Shown: one piece after another, positions 1-12,432 of the stretch
Position numbering within the stretch: the first letter of the stretch is position 1
How the letters are laid out: each line of letters begins with the position of its first letter
Assembly (NCBI GenBank): GCA_012295275.1
Contig: CM022672.1
Coordinates: 5,146,001-5,210,000 of the forward strand
DNA length: 64,000 bases
Direction of reading: 5' to 3'
DNA from: Chrysomallon squamiferum
Lineage: Eukaryota > Animalia > Mollusca
Notes under the pieces: model-generated
The model's database searches: none
What the model was told of the DNA's origin: nothing
The model's input: only the letters and a program-made list of their open reading frames with translations
Translations under genes and position numbers: made by a program

Positions 1-224
1 ATAATATAGATTACAAATGTTTTTAATTATTTGATAAAGGCTCCATATGAAGAGCCAAAGTTTTGTAATAAATTGTTTTGAATATACATTTATTAATAAT
101 ACAATAAATTCTTGATATTAAACTAAAGCAAAGATTAGCACTGAATATGAAGGAAAAAATTTATTTTAAAGAGCATATTATAGTTCAGTGTGTGATATAA
201 GACTGATAAACATTTTAAACACAC

Positions 225-1979
225 TTTATATTCTGTTGGAAGCTGATTTGACCACATTCCTTCAGGTTTTGACTTGAGAATCTAAATTAAAAAAAACATC
301 AATATATTTGTGTTATATATAAAAGCAACCAAAATATATATATATATATATAAAATAATAATAAAAAATGTGTCATACTGAAATGTTTAATTGCAGTATT
401 TATCTTTAAAATATGTATAATTTACTAAAAATATTGCATCTTTACAATTTAATCAGGCAGCTTATGCACCAAGAAATATACTGCCAGAAATCCAATGATA
501 TATCATCTATAAATAAAATTACCATTAAAATAATAATTATTAAATAATACCTCTTTTGATGTGACAAAGTATTTTAATATTTAAAAGTTAACTTAAAGCC
601 AAGGTCCGATTAACTAGACTTGAATGAGTCGTAATATGTAGTGCACAAAGTGAGTAGGAAAACTTAAATTTAGTAATACAATATACATCATTTCAGTTTA
701 ACAGAATAACACCTAATTATATAATGTCTTATTTTAAAAATTCAGTTTCTTTTTAGTTTTCATTATATTATTGTGATAGTTTAGAATTTGTATGTGATAC
801 ATTTGAGATATTATTCTGAACTTCCTCATCAATGTCATCACCAGCAGAACTGTTAGGTGATTGCGGACAAGAATCTGATATTTCAGAAGAAAAATGTCTT
901 TGTTTTTCTGAAAATGAAATAACAGTAATAATAATAATAATCCTCTTTTAAGTAAATATAAAAAAAAAAAAACATATAAAAACATATAAAAAATAAAGGT
1001 ACACTACAATTAACATATGTATTTTTTCCCATCATTTTTGTGAAAATATTTTTAAAATAAAATGCAGAAGACTGATTCCCACCCCTTTAACTGTCAAATT
1101 ATTGTCAGTAAATTTTATTCCTAAAAAGCAAACTTATTAACTGTCAATTTATATGTTATATTGTATATATAAAGTTATTTATTATGTATCTACCAATGTA
1201 TTTTTGTGTTATGGCCTATGGACTGCCTATTAATTTGGTATACTTTTATATAAATCATAGTTTATATTTGTGTATTATTAATAACATTTTTTAAAATGTA
1301 TGTTACCACAATATGAATTTTCTAAGTTTTTTTGTTGAGATGAAGATGAGTTGCCCTTGTGTTCCCTGGTCATTTTGATCTCATCAGCTGAAAAAGCTGG
1401 CAGTACCCGCCATTCCCTCCCACATTTCACAAGTTTGACAATATCTGGAATGCTATTGAGAAGATCCTGCATAGAAAGAAAACCCAGTCTTTTATCATCT
1501 AAATGCATCCCAAACTGCCTTGAAAAAGCTGGGTCAAAATGTGTTAAAGGTAAACCGTCTGGATATGATGCACATAATTCTTTTATATGATTTCTTATAA
1601 ATAATGGAACATTTGGTTGGCATTTTTCTCGCCAATTCCGACTATCTGATGGACCGAATCTCTTTCGTAAAACTGCATATTTATTACGTTTTGGAATATT
1701 CTGTCGTGACACTAATCGTTCGATGTGTGCAGTGGTGGAGTCTGATGGCGTCTTCAACACTATTATTCCATTTTCGCATGATACAGTTATTGTTTCTGGT
1801 ATATCTTTCACAAAATCTTCAGCACTGCTATAACCAAATTTTCTATAGGGCAGTGGCGATCCTATAAATGTTTCGTAGTCCCGTTTCAATTCACCCAGCG
1901 TCAAACCCACAGGCGACGAAAGCAAAATTGCCCTCAGTTGTTTTTTAACTTCTTCTTTGATCGAAGCATTAACAGACAT
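225..1979 (-). CDS. TDRD5: TDRD5-like (Tejas/Tapas family) LOTUS-domain germline/piRNA protein; 5' part only, gene continues beyond the left edge
   Basis: Exons 1979-1307, 907-801 and 281-225 have GT-AG boundaries and compatible phases (the 801 donor AAT|GTATCA is weak). Exon 1 encodes two LOTUS domains (VKKQLRAILLSSPVGLTLGELKRDYETFIGSPLPYRKFGY..., with the eLOTUS C-terminal helix TAHIERLVSRQ; and VPLFIRNHIKEL...FSRQFG...LGFLSMQDLL). Exons 2-3 begin a third (IDEEVQNNISN|ILKSKPEGMWSNQLPTEYK). The Tudor domain is not in the window, so TDRD7 is not fully excluded. Confidence 0.75.
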
Positions 1980-2766
1980 GTCTTGTAATTTGAATTAAAT
2001 ATTTTTAACTGATTATTGAAAAATAAAAAAATATGTTTTCATGCATGTTACACCTTCGGAAAAGCATTAAACATTGCAAAAAGAAAATGACCAGCCGATT
2101 ACAATCTCTTTCCCACCACATTTCTGTTTCTTCCTTCAACATAATATAAAAACATACTTTGCAATTCTGTCGAAACGAAACCTGCCACATTTAGATATTT
2201 ATAAATAATTTATTATCTTAGATTTATTATTTTATTTCATTTGATTTATTTGGTACAATAATGTAAATATATATATATAACATTAAAATACGTAAAGATA
2301 ATAAAATAGCAGGATAGCACACGCACACACACGCACGCACACACACATGCAAACAAATAAAATAAAAAGTAAATACATTTAAAAAATGGAAATATTTATT
2401 TCCGTTGTGGTTTTAAATTGGCCTATATTTTTTAAAATATGAAAATAGTTATTTACAATTATATTTCTTAAAATCTTTCGATACAGGAGAAAAAAAGTAC
2501 AAAAAAAACAAACTGTGTCAGGTGAAAAACGTAATCTTAATGATAATTATATAATTAAAATGATAAAAATTTAAAGTTAAAAAATAATAATAATAATAAT
2601 TAATATGTTATAATGGAGATTATAAAATCTTGTACATTGTTTTTGTACACTAGAAATATTTACATAATTAATTTAAGACGAAGCACCAATCAGATACCGA
2701 GAAAAGTAAAACAGCATTATTTGGTGCTTAATAAATGCGGGCTAAAAGAAATCAAAGAATACAAAG

Positions 2767-5490
2767 ATGGCCAGCATTTCATCACGTGCATTCAGTGCAT
2801 TTCGACTCTGTCGACTTCAAGTGTCCTCAGTTTTTAACAGATTTCAAAACAAAGCATTAAGTGAAAACAAATATGGTATTTTATATACTGCCAGAATATT
2901 TTTTACGAAGCATTTCTTAAACAATGATCGCCAGCATTTTCTGTCCAACAAGCGGTACGTGATACTGATAATGTCCTTCAATATAACGAATGTTGAATTA
3001 TTTCTATTTATAGTTTAAAAGAGTGTTTACCAGTATTTAATTTTATTCTTATCGATACAGATACGGAATAAAGTGGACAAAGGATGGAAGAGTTAATTGT
3101 TGTATAGGTTACAGTGAAAGCTGTTGACGCAATACACTATACAGTTGTAAAGAAATAGTTACTGATGCTGTGCTCGTTTTTTAAATTTACATTGCAATAT
3201 TAAATTTTTTTTTTTCTTATTATAAATGAAGACAGAAATGTATCAAAACAGAATAATATTTTATAAAAAATACAATATTCATTATATATTTATGTTTTTA
3301 TCACCAACCAATTACATGATGTTAAATAAATAAGAATCAAAACATCACTACAGTATTATCATTGGCATTGATTCATTTTGATTGCTGACTATAAGGTAAT
3401 GTATTAACTATTACAAACATTTAAACTATTAAACATGGTGATAAAAAATAAGGGTACATAATCGTGATATGTGATAGTGCAGAAAATGTAAAGAATAAAG
3501 CAACAGAAATTGTTTTTCTTAGTCTTGTTTTATTATAGTATTAATTTCTTTGCTGAAAAAATACATACAGTTTTTCATAAAGTACAGATTGAGATAATAA
3601 GAGTACACAGTCTCAAATCGGTCAGTGTGATAATGGTTATGAATATTTTCACAATGCAGTGTTGAACAAAGCACTAATGAAGTTACAACTGCTATCCACT
3701 GTCAACTTTTTGAATTTCATGCTGCCAAAAGTACAAAACTAAATGATAACTTTCTACTTGTCTGGAGTCTTAGAATGATAGCCAAGTTTTTCAGTGTAAT
3801 TACTACAAAATAAGGTAAGCTTTGAAACCGACTGCAACAGTTTTCAGTCTTGATTCAGTCTGAGATTTTCTCATGTTTCAGTTATGTAAGAAGTAATTTG
3901 CACAGTATAGCATTGGGGAGTGGGCTGCGTCTTGGTGTAAAGTGTTGGTCCAAGATTTGATAGGATGCTCAATCAGTCTTCCTCATTACTGTCACTGGTC
4001 AATTTCTCTACTAACCAATGTTCATTAACAGGTTTATCAAAAGATGGTTTCCTGTCGTGGGCAGGTATGTAAAAAAAAAAAAATGTACCTTGCCTCTAAT
4101 TTATAATGGTACAAGAGTACTTCATGTGAATTTAGCAACAAATTTATTTATTTAATAATTTGAAAGTAGCCAGTCATGTTCAAAAGCTGATCAATTTGAT
4201 TGGTGTACTTATTAAATATTCATTTATTCAATGTTTTATAAAGTCCTTTGTTCATTTGTATCATGTGACAATAATACATTTGTTACTGTACGTTAATGTT
4301 TTTTTATTTAACTTATTAAATTTATTTTATTTGAAAGTATTTGTTTGCTGCAAATGGTTATACAGGTTCAGCAGTTTCTAAAAAAAACCCCACAAGTATG
4401 TTTAGTCATTAATATCTTTATTTGTGGCAACTCCATTAGCAATGATATTTAATTTGATTTCTCCATTTGTGTGTCATAAGTGTATATACTGATTCTTAGA
4501 ATTGTTACTGTTATAGGATTTTAAATATAACATAATAAGTCATTTATTATTATTATTATTATTTTTAGATCATTGCCATATGCTTTTGGCTTCATGGGAG
4601 TATCTCGTGCTTTTCTTGGCTTTGGCAAAACTGAAAAAGAGGATCCTGTTCTTACAGTTTTCCGTGATGGGAAGGCTGCACAGATGACAGGTGACTACAT
4701 CAAGGCAGAAAAGTTTTTTCATGATGCACTTAAGCTTTTAGACGAACAGAAAAGGAACAACAAAATTGAAGAAAAGGAGTATCTTGAAGCCAAAACAAAT
4801 ATATACGACAGCATGTCAGATATGGCTTTGGCTCAGGGTCAGTTTTCTGCTGCTGAGAGTTTGTACAAAGAGACAATGAAATGCTGTTTACAACTTGGTG
4901 TGGCCCAGGACGACAACTCTATCATTGAGATTTCAGTTAAGCTGGCCAGCATCTACGCCATGCTGAAAAAACATGCAGATGCTGTGCAGGGTTTCAAGTT
5001 CTGCATTGACACTCAAGAAAAGAAGATAAAAGAAAAAGGTCAAAGCGATAAAGATACCCTGGGCTTGCTGGGTCTGGCACTGGAGTCATACGGTCGCTAT
5101 CTGATGTACGACAAGCAGTTAAAAGAGGCTCAGCCTCACTTTGAACGAGCGCTGGAGATCGCAAAACGCACACTTGGAGAGGATCACATGCAGACTCTAA
5201 TACTGATGAATGATCTTGCCACTCTAGATATCATGAACAAAGAATATTCACGGGGTGAAAAATATCTCAGAGAAGCTATTGAAATTGGAGAGCGAGTACA
5301 TTCACCTGAAACTCCAGTACTCTACTGTAATTTGGGAGCTATATTCATCAGAAGGGCAGATGCAGAAAGTGCTAAAAAGATGTGCAGCCATGCACTTGAA
5401 ACTGCAAAAAAAATCGGAAATGTTATGGCCATCAACCAAGCTAAGCGATGTTTAGAAAAGACTGAAGAAATGAAGAATAAAAAAGGCTAA
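2767..5490 (+). CDS. TTC19: Tetratricopeptide repeat protein 19, mitochondrial (complex III assembly/quality control), ~369 aa
   Basis: Exon 1 is 2767-2954 (aagATGGCC; Arg/Ser-rich presequence MASISSRAFSAFRLCRL; donor CG|GTACGT). Exon 2 is 4569-5490 (tttttag acceptor; phase matches, giving R-S-L-P-Y). Motifs AEKFFHDAL, AESLYKETMK, QDDNSIIEISVKLASIYA, AVQGFKFCI and GEDHMQTLILMNDLAT are typical of TTC19 TPR repeats. Confidence 0.85.
3915..4110 (+). mobile_element. Highly degenerate SINE-like relic in the TTC19 intron
   Basis: A GC-richer island ending in an A-run. It has weak similarity to the island at 62110-62260 (tgttcattaacaggtttatcaaaagatggt vs tgttccatgacagattaataatgtgatagt). Pattern recognition only. 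Confidence 0.25.
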
Positions 5491-6009
5491 AACCACAGGT
5501 GGTTGATCTATACTGTTAAAAATGTTAAAACTGTATACAATTATATATACATTGTAATAGAAATTTACTAAACTTTATATTTTGGAATTATTTTCTACAC
5601 ACAGTTTAGGTTATATTTAATCTATTTTTTGTTGAAAAATGTTTATGGTATTTGTTTTTATATAAAAGTTTTTTGCTACAAGATTTAAATTTAGAAACCC
5701 AAATATTTAGTCTGAACTGTATACAGGTATGCATTCAGTGCTGTTATGGGATGTTTTTGTCAAGATTACTTAATTTTATGTGACATTAAATGCATATTTA
5801 TTTGTGCTGATATAGTTTGACATAGTTGCTTTTTTTTTTAAAGTATTATTTTTCATTTTGATTTTCTTTCCTTTTTCTTCTTTTTTTTTCTATTTATTAT
5901 AGATCTTACCAGTTTGATTTCAAATATTTATTTCAGATATATTGTACTAATTTTTTTTCATTTTTTTTCATTTTGTGTACTTCAGTTGGTTTTTTGTATT
6001 TTATTATAA

Positions 6010-6225
6010 TTTTTTTTTTTTTTGTGGTTATTGTTGCTTTTTCCCCCATTCACTTGTTGATTAAATGTCGAGACCAACAATGACTATGAACGACACTGTT
6101 CTCTGTAGATTACTTCTTGTGCCTACAGCTTCTTCTGGAGAGGTGTTGTAGTAGTCCAGGTAGTCTCCTTAAGCTGTTTTGGATGACGTTTGGTTGTCTA
6201 TGGAATGTTTAACACACTGCCTTAG
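6010..6225 (-). mobile_element. Degenerate non-LTR retrotransposon (LINE) 3' end with poly(A) tail
   Basis: The minus strand reads LKETTWTTTTPLQKKL*, then after a frameshift GTRSNLQRTVSFIVIVGLDI*. This resembles the R..W..P.L..KLYG...L..T..FI...GL.* C-terminus of invertebrate LINE ORF2. It is followed by a short tail and an A-run (T-run 6010-6023 on the plus strand). Confidence 0.4.
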
Positions 6226-9200
6226 AATTTGACAGTTTACAGTTTACTTATAAATATTAACCAAATATAAAGAATTATTTCATTTTTCTTTTGCTGAAAA
6301 CAAACAAAAGCCCTACAAAGGTTTTTTTTTTTTGTTTTTTTTGAGTAGTAATATGTTTTATTTATTTACATTTATTTTTTTATATTTTATTATTTAAATT
6401 CTCTTAATAAAACCTTTCCATATTAAAATGGTGATTATTTTATATTAATGTGGAAATCTTAATTAAAAAGTATTCAGTTTTTATTATTTATAAAATGTAA
6501 TCAACCATTAATATTCCTACAGTTTTACAATTCCTAACAGCAAGGAATCATTTCTTTGAAATATTTTCAAAAATAAGTTCATTAGTTCATAAATAGAAGG
6601 CCAGAAATTAATTCAGTTTCCCTATAAAAATATGTAAAAGGTTATTTTAATTGCTAGGTTCAGACTGAAATTCCTGTTTCTCCTCAGTGAAAACAGAAAA
6701 CCCCAAATACAACAGGTTTCTTTTAATCAGCGAAAATACATTTTAAATATCATATTTTGATACATTTTAATTTATATTTAACTATATTCCAACTGTGTAT
6801 GCCACTGACAACATGCATTCATAAATATGAAAGCAAAACAAAATAATTGAAAGTGTATTAAGGATATAGTTCTATGTATAAATACATATATGCATGTGTA
6901 TTCTAAATATTTTGCAAGTCACAACAATTTAGCACCTTATTCACAGAACACAAATATTTTGACAACCGTTCAGTTAGAGGTTTTTAAAAATAAATAATTT
7001 GAAAATCTATAAACCTACAGATGTTAGCTGGAAACAGCAGAAAGTGTTAAAACAAAGATTGAAATTTAATTCTCCATATACAATAATTTAAAATTAAAAA
7101 AAAAAAAAAAAATCAATAAAATTGCAAGAGAAATTCAGAGCAAGATTAAACTGCAAGTTCATTCCAATTAAAATGTTTCTTATTTCTTGTAACAAAACTG
7201 GAAATTAATATATTTATTCAAAAAAGCAAAAACAAAAACAAACCTATGCCAAAAAAATGTACTGCAAAACCTAATGTTAACAAATGGACTAAATAAGTAT
7301 TTCATACTTCATACAATTTATAAATAATTTTGGTGGGGTTTCAAATATCTTATCTGATACATGATCCTTTCAAAATAATGAGTAAAACATCTATACAGGA
7401 ATATATACAGAAAAAATTAATAAATACACCTCCACCTTAGTTTTTTTTCTCCTAAGAAGCAAACATTAAAATAATATTGATGGCATATATTTTTAATCAG
7501 TTATACATCACAACTTTCAAGATCAGATACATACATTTAATTTAAACTATACATAATACTCAAAATTCTGCACTTAATTAAACACAGAACTTTATTACTT
7601 CCACTAGTATCATTTTTAATGAAACAATATAAAAACAAAAAATACGAACAAAGTTTTACATTTTATTGCTACCTCTATTCAGTTGAATTTGTTTTTTCTT
7701 TTGAATGTTTAAAAAACGGATGTCTTGTATTTAGATAGTAAACAAATGCATATTAACATTACTTTCGCATACATTAACAAGTAAAAACATAAGTGCAAAG
7801 GTAGGTTTTAACAACTAATTAGTTAAAGGCTGTGCTATCCATTAAAGGAACAAAGGCCTAGATTTTTTGACAGGTTTGTGGAAGACAAAAATCATTTTTA
7901 CATTTAAAGATAGAAATAAAAGAAAATGATATCCCAAAGAACTGTGAAACGTTTTAAATACGGAAGAATATGTTGAAAACAGATTTAATATTTATGCTTT
8001 ATTATCGGTTGATGAACACAGCTGTAATTGTTTAAAATGAAATATATCGCATCAAAACCTATCCAAATTTAATCTAAACAAATTTGCCAAGATTGGGCAA
8101 AGATTTTCTAGAATTGATTAAATCTATTAAAAACAAATGATTTCATTTCTGCATGAAAACTCAAGTGTGAGAAATTACAATATTGTTAAATATTACATAT
8201 ATGTAAATTACTATACAACAAAATGCTATGCCATTTTCACAAAGGAAAAGCTTAGGGTATACATGTTGAAAATATGGCACATTTTACATAATTCATTGTG
8301 TAATATGTTATTTTAAATAATTTAACATGGACTACTTAAAGCCTTTTTAAGAATGATTTATTTGAGAAAAAAATTAACAAAAATAAAAATATGATTAGTA
8401 CTGAGAAAATATCCTGTAACATTGAATTCTTAAAAAACAAAAAAAAAAAAAAAAAAAAGTTTTCGAAGCCAAAAGCAAGGTATATCAAACTATACTTTTT
8501 TTTTAATTGGCTATGCATAATTACAATAAAGTCTGATTAATTAAGCTGTATTTCTTTTTTGTTTGTTTGTTTTCTTTTTTATCATCTTCCTTCCCATCAT
8601 TATATTTCAAACAACAGTACTTCAACTATGATAAGAATGAACACTCGTGGTTTAAAAGATATATGACATTTCTGATGTCTTGGAAATAAGAACATGATAA
8701 TATTACACTATTTAGTGAGGAGAAAGCTAATATTAGTAACCATAACAAACTGGCACTGACTGTGGATTCCTGTTTGTTTCTTCATTACAAATAGTGAGTA
8801 CACCTCCACAAATGTGAAAAGATTTGGCTGAAGTATGCCGAACAAGTTAAACATAACAAATGGTAGACAAATTATCTCACTTCTAAATCCACTACCAGTA
8901 ATAAATAAATAATTAGTCCAAAATGGATACATTTGCATGAGCTGACTAGAAGAGAAGGATGATACAGTTTTTGGTTTCATTTATTTATTTTTTAATAAAT
9001 TTATAAAATAATTTATTGATCAATAAACTGAATTATTGTATTGACAAAATAATGTAATTATTTATATACACTTATTTTGAGCAAAACAATAAAGCAACTA
9101 AAATAAAAAGAAATATGTTACTGAGGGGACCTTACTGACTTTTCAATTTGATTGCATAATAATTTTTGTAATCTTTACGGGACTTATTTTCAGTTCTATT

Positions 9201-9503
9201 TCATGAAAAATTATTTCAGTGTATGAGGTATTAACACAAAAATATGCATCTTGTTACTCACCTGACATAAAAATCAACAAAACTTCTAAACTTGAACCAT
9301 TCTGAAATAATGACAACTGAAAATCAATAAAACTGGTACAAGTGGTTTTATAAAAAAATTAATGCATTTGGCAAAATTGAGATTCCACAGTTAAAAAACA
9401 AAAAAACAAAAAATGCACAAAATATTTAACACAGTGGAATGCAAAATTAAAATGAACAGAACAATCCATTTCATTTTAAATGTATTGATGATATGTGACC
9501 CAT

Positions 9504-12036
9504 CTATTCGTATTCTGCAATTAGCACCATCATGTAGACTCCAACCAACAGTGCACATATTTCTTTGATTGACTGTGTAAGGTTGGTGTCCTTGAGCAGT
9601 TCTGGTATGACCGAGACAGTAGCAATGTATATGAAGCCACCGGCAGTGAATGGGAGAATCCATGCCACTGCTGCATCGCCGATACCCTGAGCAACCAGAC
9701 TGCACAAAGTTCCAAGCATCGCACCAAGTGCTGTGGAGAACTGCAACATCATTGCCTGTGAATATAATATGTTGTCAAACATGAGACAGTAATCAGTGTA
9801 CTTGTAAATGACGTTTATTTATTTATTCATTCTGAAACTGTTTCTTAATGAAAAGAAAATGTATATTCCTTATATTGTCATTTTAAAAACAGCATGACAT
9901 AAAACACAAAATTTAAATTCTTTTTTTCCTATTATTAAAAGTACTAAATTAATGAATAATTTCAGTAAATTGATATTTTCACTCCCTTCAAAAAACCAAA
10001 CAACTGCATGTTTCTTTAGAAAAGAGAGAGAGAGTAAAAAAATAGCTTTTATTTTCTAGAGAACTTTAGGCTCTAATGACAGCTAAGACAATTAATAACA
10101 CATTATGTCTTTTTATTGTGATTTCATTCATAAAATATTTATTGTAAAAGAATTATCTGTACTTCAATATAATAAATTAATTATAATGTATTTTTCTGAT
10201 TCATATTTTATCACTGGGGCTATTGTCAAAAGGACATCCTAAAAATATACCTAGAAACTGTTGATTGTAAAAGAAAAAAGATCTTATTCTTGTTACTAAC
10301 TTTATGCTTGGTGCAACCAGACTGCACTAAAATAGCAAAGTCTCCAATCTCGTGGGGTATTTCATGAAGGAATATTGTGATAGTTGTGATTATTCCGACA
10401 TTCTGTCCAACAAGGAACGATGCTCCTATGGCCAGTCCATCAGTGAAATTGTGAGCAAAATCAGCTGCTAGATTCAAATACCCAGCCACTTTAATGTCTG
10501 GTTCTTTAACTGAAATGATGACACTGATTTAAAAACACATGACATGTAGTATCAGTTATAATTATAATTCAACTGAGAAAATATCTAACAGATCAGAAAA
10601 TAAAAAATTTAAAACAGAAACAGAAATTATGAAGTTATACTTTAATACAAATCACTCAAATCTGTTGGTATAAAGTGACCTTTAAATAACAAATTATTGC
10701 ATCATCTTTTTTTTCCATCTCAAAATTGATTTTATTCTCTTCTTTAGTTTTATACGCATACACACAGTTATTTCAAAGTATATAAAAAAAGATATAATTT
10801 CTTACACTTTGAAAAACGCTAATTAAAATTAATAAATAATAATTCACCTGCAACCTCAGCTGTTTTTGTTTTGCTTTTCTCTTCTTTTTTGTCACCACTC
10901 GTTTCTTTCTTCTCTTCTTTTTTGTCTGCACTTGCTTCTTTCTTGGAAGCTTTCTTTTCTTCTTTTTTGTCTGCACTTGCTTCTTTCTTGGAAGCTTTCT
11001 TTTCTTCTTTTTTGTCTGCACTTGATTCTTTCTTGGAAGCTTTCTTCTCTTCTCCTTTGTCTTTAGAATCTTCATCATCACTCAGCTTCTCTTTTTTTTT
11101 ACTTGATTTTTCTTCAGATTTTGGCAAAGGTTTTGGAACATGAGAATGGCTGTGGGTGTGCTCTCCTTTCACAAAACGAACAAACTTCTCAACAATTAAA
11201 AAGGCAAGTATTCCTGCCAGAACCCACAGACCAACAGACATGTCATGTCCTCCATGTTCATGAGAATGCCCATGTCCATGACTGTGATCGTGTCCTTCTT
11301 CACCACCATGAGTGTGTGGGGAGATTGCATGTGGAATCAGATGGAGAAAAGCGTCACCTAATAATCCCCCAGAAGCAAAGCTCAGTAAAACCTTTAACAA
11401 ACTCTGATGTTCTGAACTATCTTCTATTGGAATAAATAAAAGAATGACAATTGGTGAAACGCTAATAAATGCAGTGGCGCCTAGAGCCTGCAGCCACAGA
11501 GAAAAACCAACAGGTTTTTTAGGCGCTGGTGGTTTTGGTTTTGCATCTTCCCAAACAGCATATTCTTCTGGTGATGTGTATGTGGAATGTTCGTCATGCG
11601 AATGTCCGTGGTCGTGAGAATGTCCGTGATCGTGTGCGTGCCCGTGATCGTGTCCGTGATCGTGTGCGTGTCCATGATCGTGTGCGTGTCCGTGATCGTG
11701 TGCGTCTCCGTGATCGTGTGCATGGCCATGGTCTTGTCCGTGATCGTGTGCATGGCCATGGTCTTGTCCGTGATCGTGTGCATGATCGTGTTCATGTCCA
11801 TGATCATCACCAACATTCGCTTCCTTTGAATATTTAAAGTGAACTGGTTCATCATGACTATGGCCATGATGATCGTCGTGAGAATGTGCATGTATCCCTT
11901 CATGACTATGGCCATGATGTCCGTCATGAGAATGACCATCGATGAGTGTCAATACAGTAAATAATAAATAGCCAAAAAATATCACATATGTAAAGAAAAG
12001 AAAAGAACGTGACCGATTCTTCGTGGAAGCCGCCAT
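9504..12036 (-). CDS. SLC39A7: Zinc transporter ZIP7 / Catsup / KE4 (LIV-1 subfamily), ~549 aa
   Basis: Exons 12036-10848, 10509-10301 and 9755-9504 are GT-AG and in phase (1650 nt). The protein has a His-rich N-terminus and the motifs [56 protein letters not shown] and [21 protein letters not shown]. Confidence 0.95.
10880..11050 (-). repeat. Coding tandem repeat, 45-nt unit ([15 protein letters not shown]) x ~3.5, in the ZIP7 cytoplasmic loop
   Basis: Near-identical units ttttttgtctgcacttgcttctttcttggaagctttcttttcttc are directly visible. Confidence 0.9.
11590..11945 (-). repeat. Coding His-rich repeats (GHAHDH / [10 protein letters not shown]) in the ZIP7 N-terminus
   Basis: 18-nt and 30-nt units such as ccgtgatcgtgtgcgtgt. 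About 47 His counted in the N-terminal segment. Confidence 0.9.
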
Positions 12037-12170
12037 CTTGACGTCAGTTTCCGATCCTCGATTACTGAACTATTTTTCTGGTTTCTCCTATTAGTAATTC
12101 AATATTTAAAAACCGAAACTTTTAGGTTTTGACTACGTGGCCAGATGGCGCTAACAGCGACACGTAAACA
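12030..12170. promoter_or_regulatory. SLC39A7 proximal promoter motifs: CRE, XBP1/CREB3-like ACGTGGC and GACACGT, CTCF-like CCAGATGGCGCT
   Basis: Perfect TGACGTCA at 12039-12046. ACGTGGC at ~12135, overlapping CCAGATGGCGCT at 12141-12152. GACACGT at ~12159. YY1-like AAGATGGCGG over the start codon. Motif matches only. Confidence 0.45.
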
Positions 12171-12290
12171 AATTCATATGGTTAAGAACCGCTGAACTTA
12201 GGTCAAAGAAAATATAATCTTAGTAAAGAAATTTAGGCTGATGTAATAGTGTAAAGCGGTGCGATCGTTCTATAAGCATACATGACGTGT

Positions 12291-12292
<2 letters not shown>

Positions 12293-12341
<49 letters not shown>

Positions 12342-12377
12342 CATACATACATGCATACATATATACATACGTACATA

Positions 12378-12432
<55 letters not shown>
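12293..12432. repeat. Compound (GT)n-(TA)n-(AC)n microsatellite with inverted symmetry
   Basis: Directly visible. Confidence 0.9.

Noticed and set aside
793-801. U12-type donor at TDRD5 intron 2 (GTATCAC)
   Set aside because: It does not match the RTATCCTT consensus beyond five bases, and no U12 branch site was seen.
11481-11939. Alternative-frame and antisense ORFs over the ZIP7 His repeat (e.g. RDRVRV repeats, MHTITDKT repeats)
   Set aside because: These are shadow frames of the stop-free His/Asp/Gly coding repeat.
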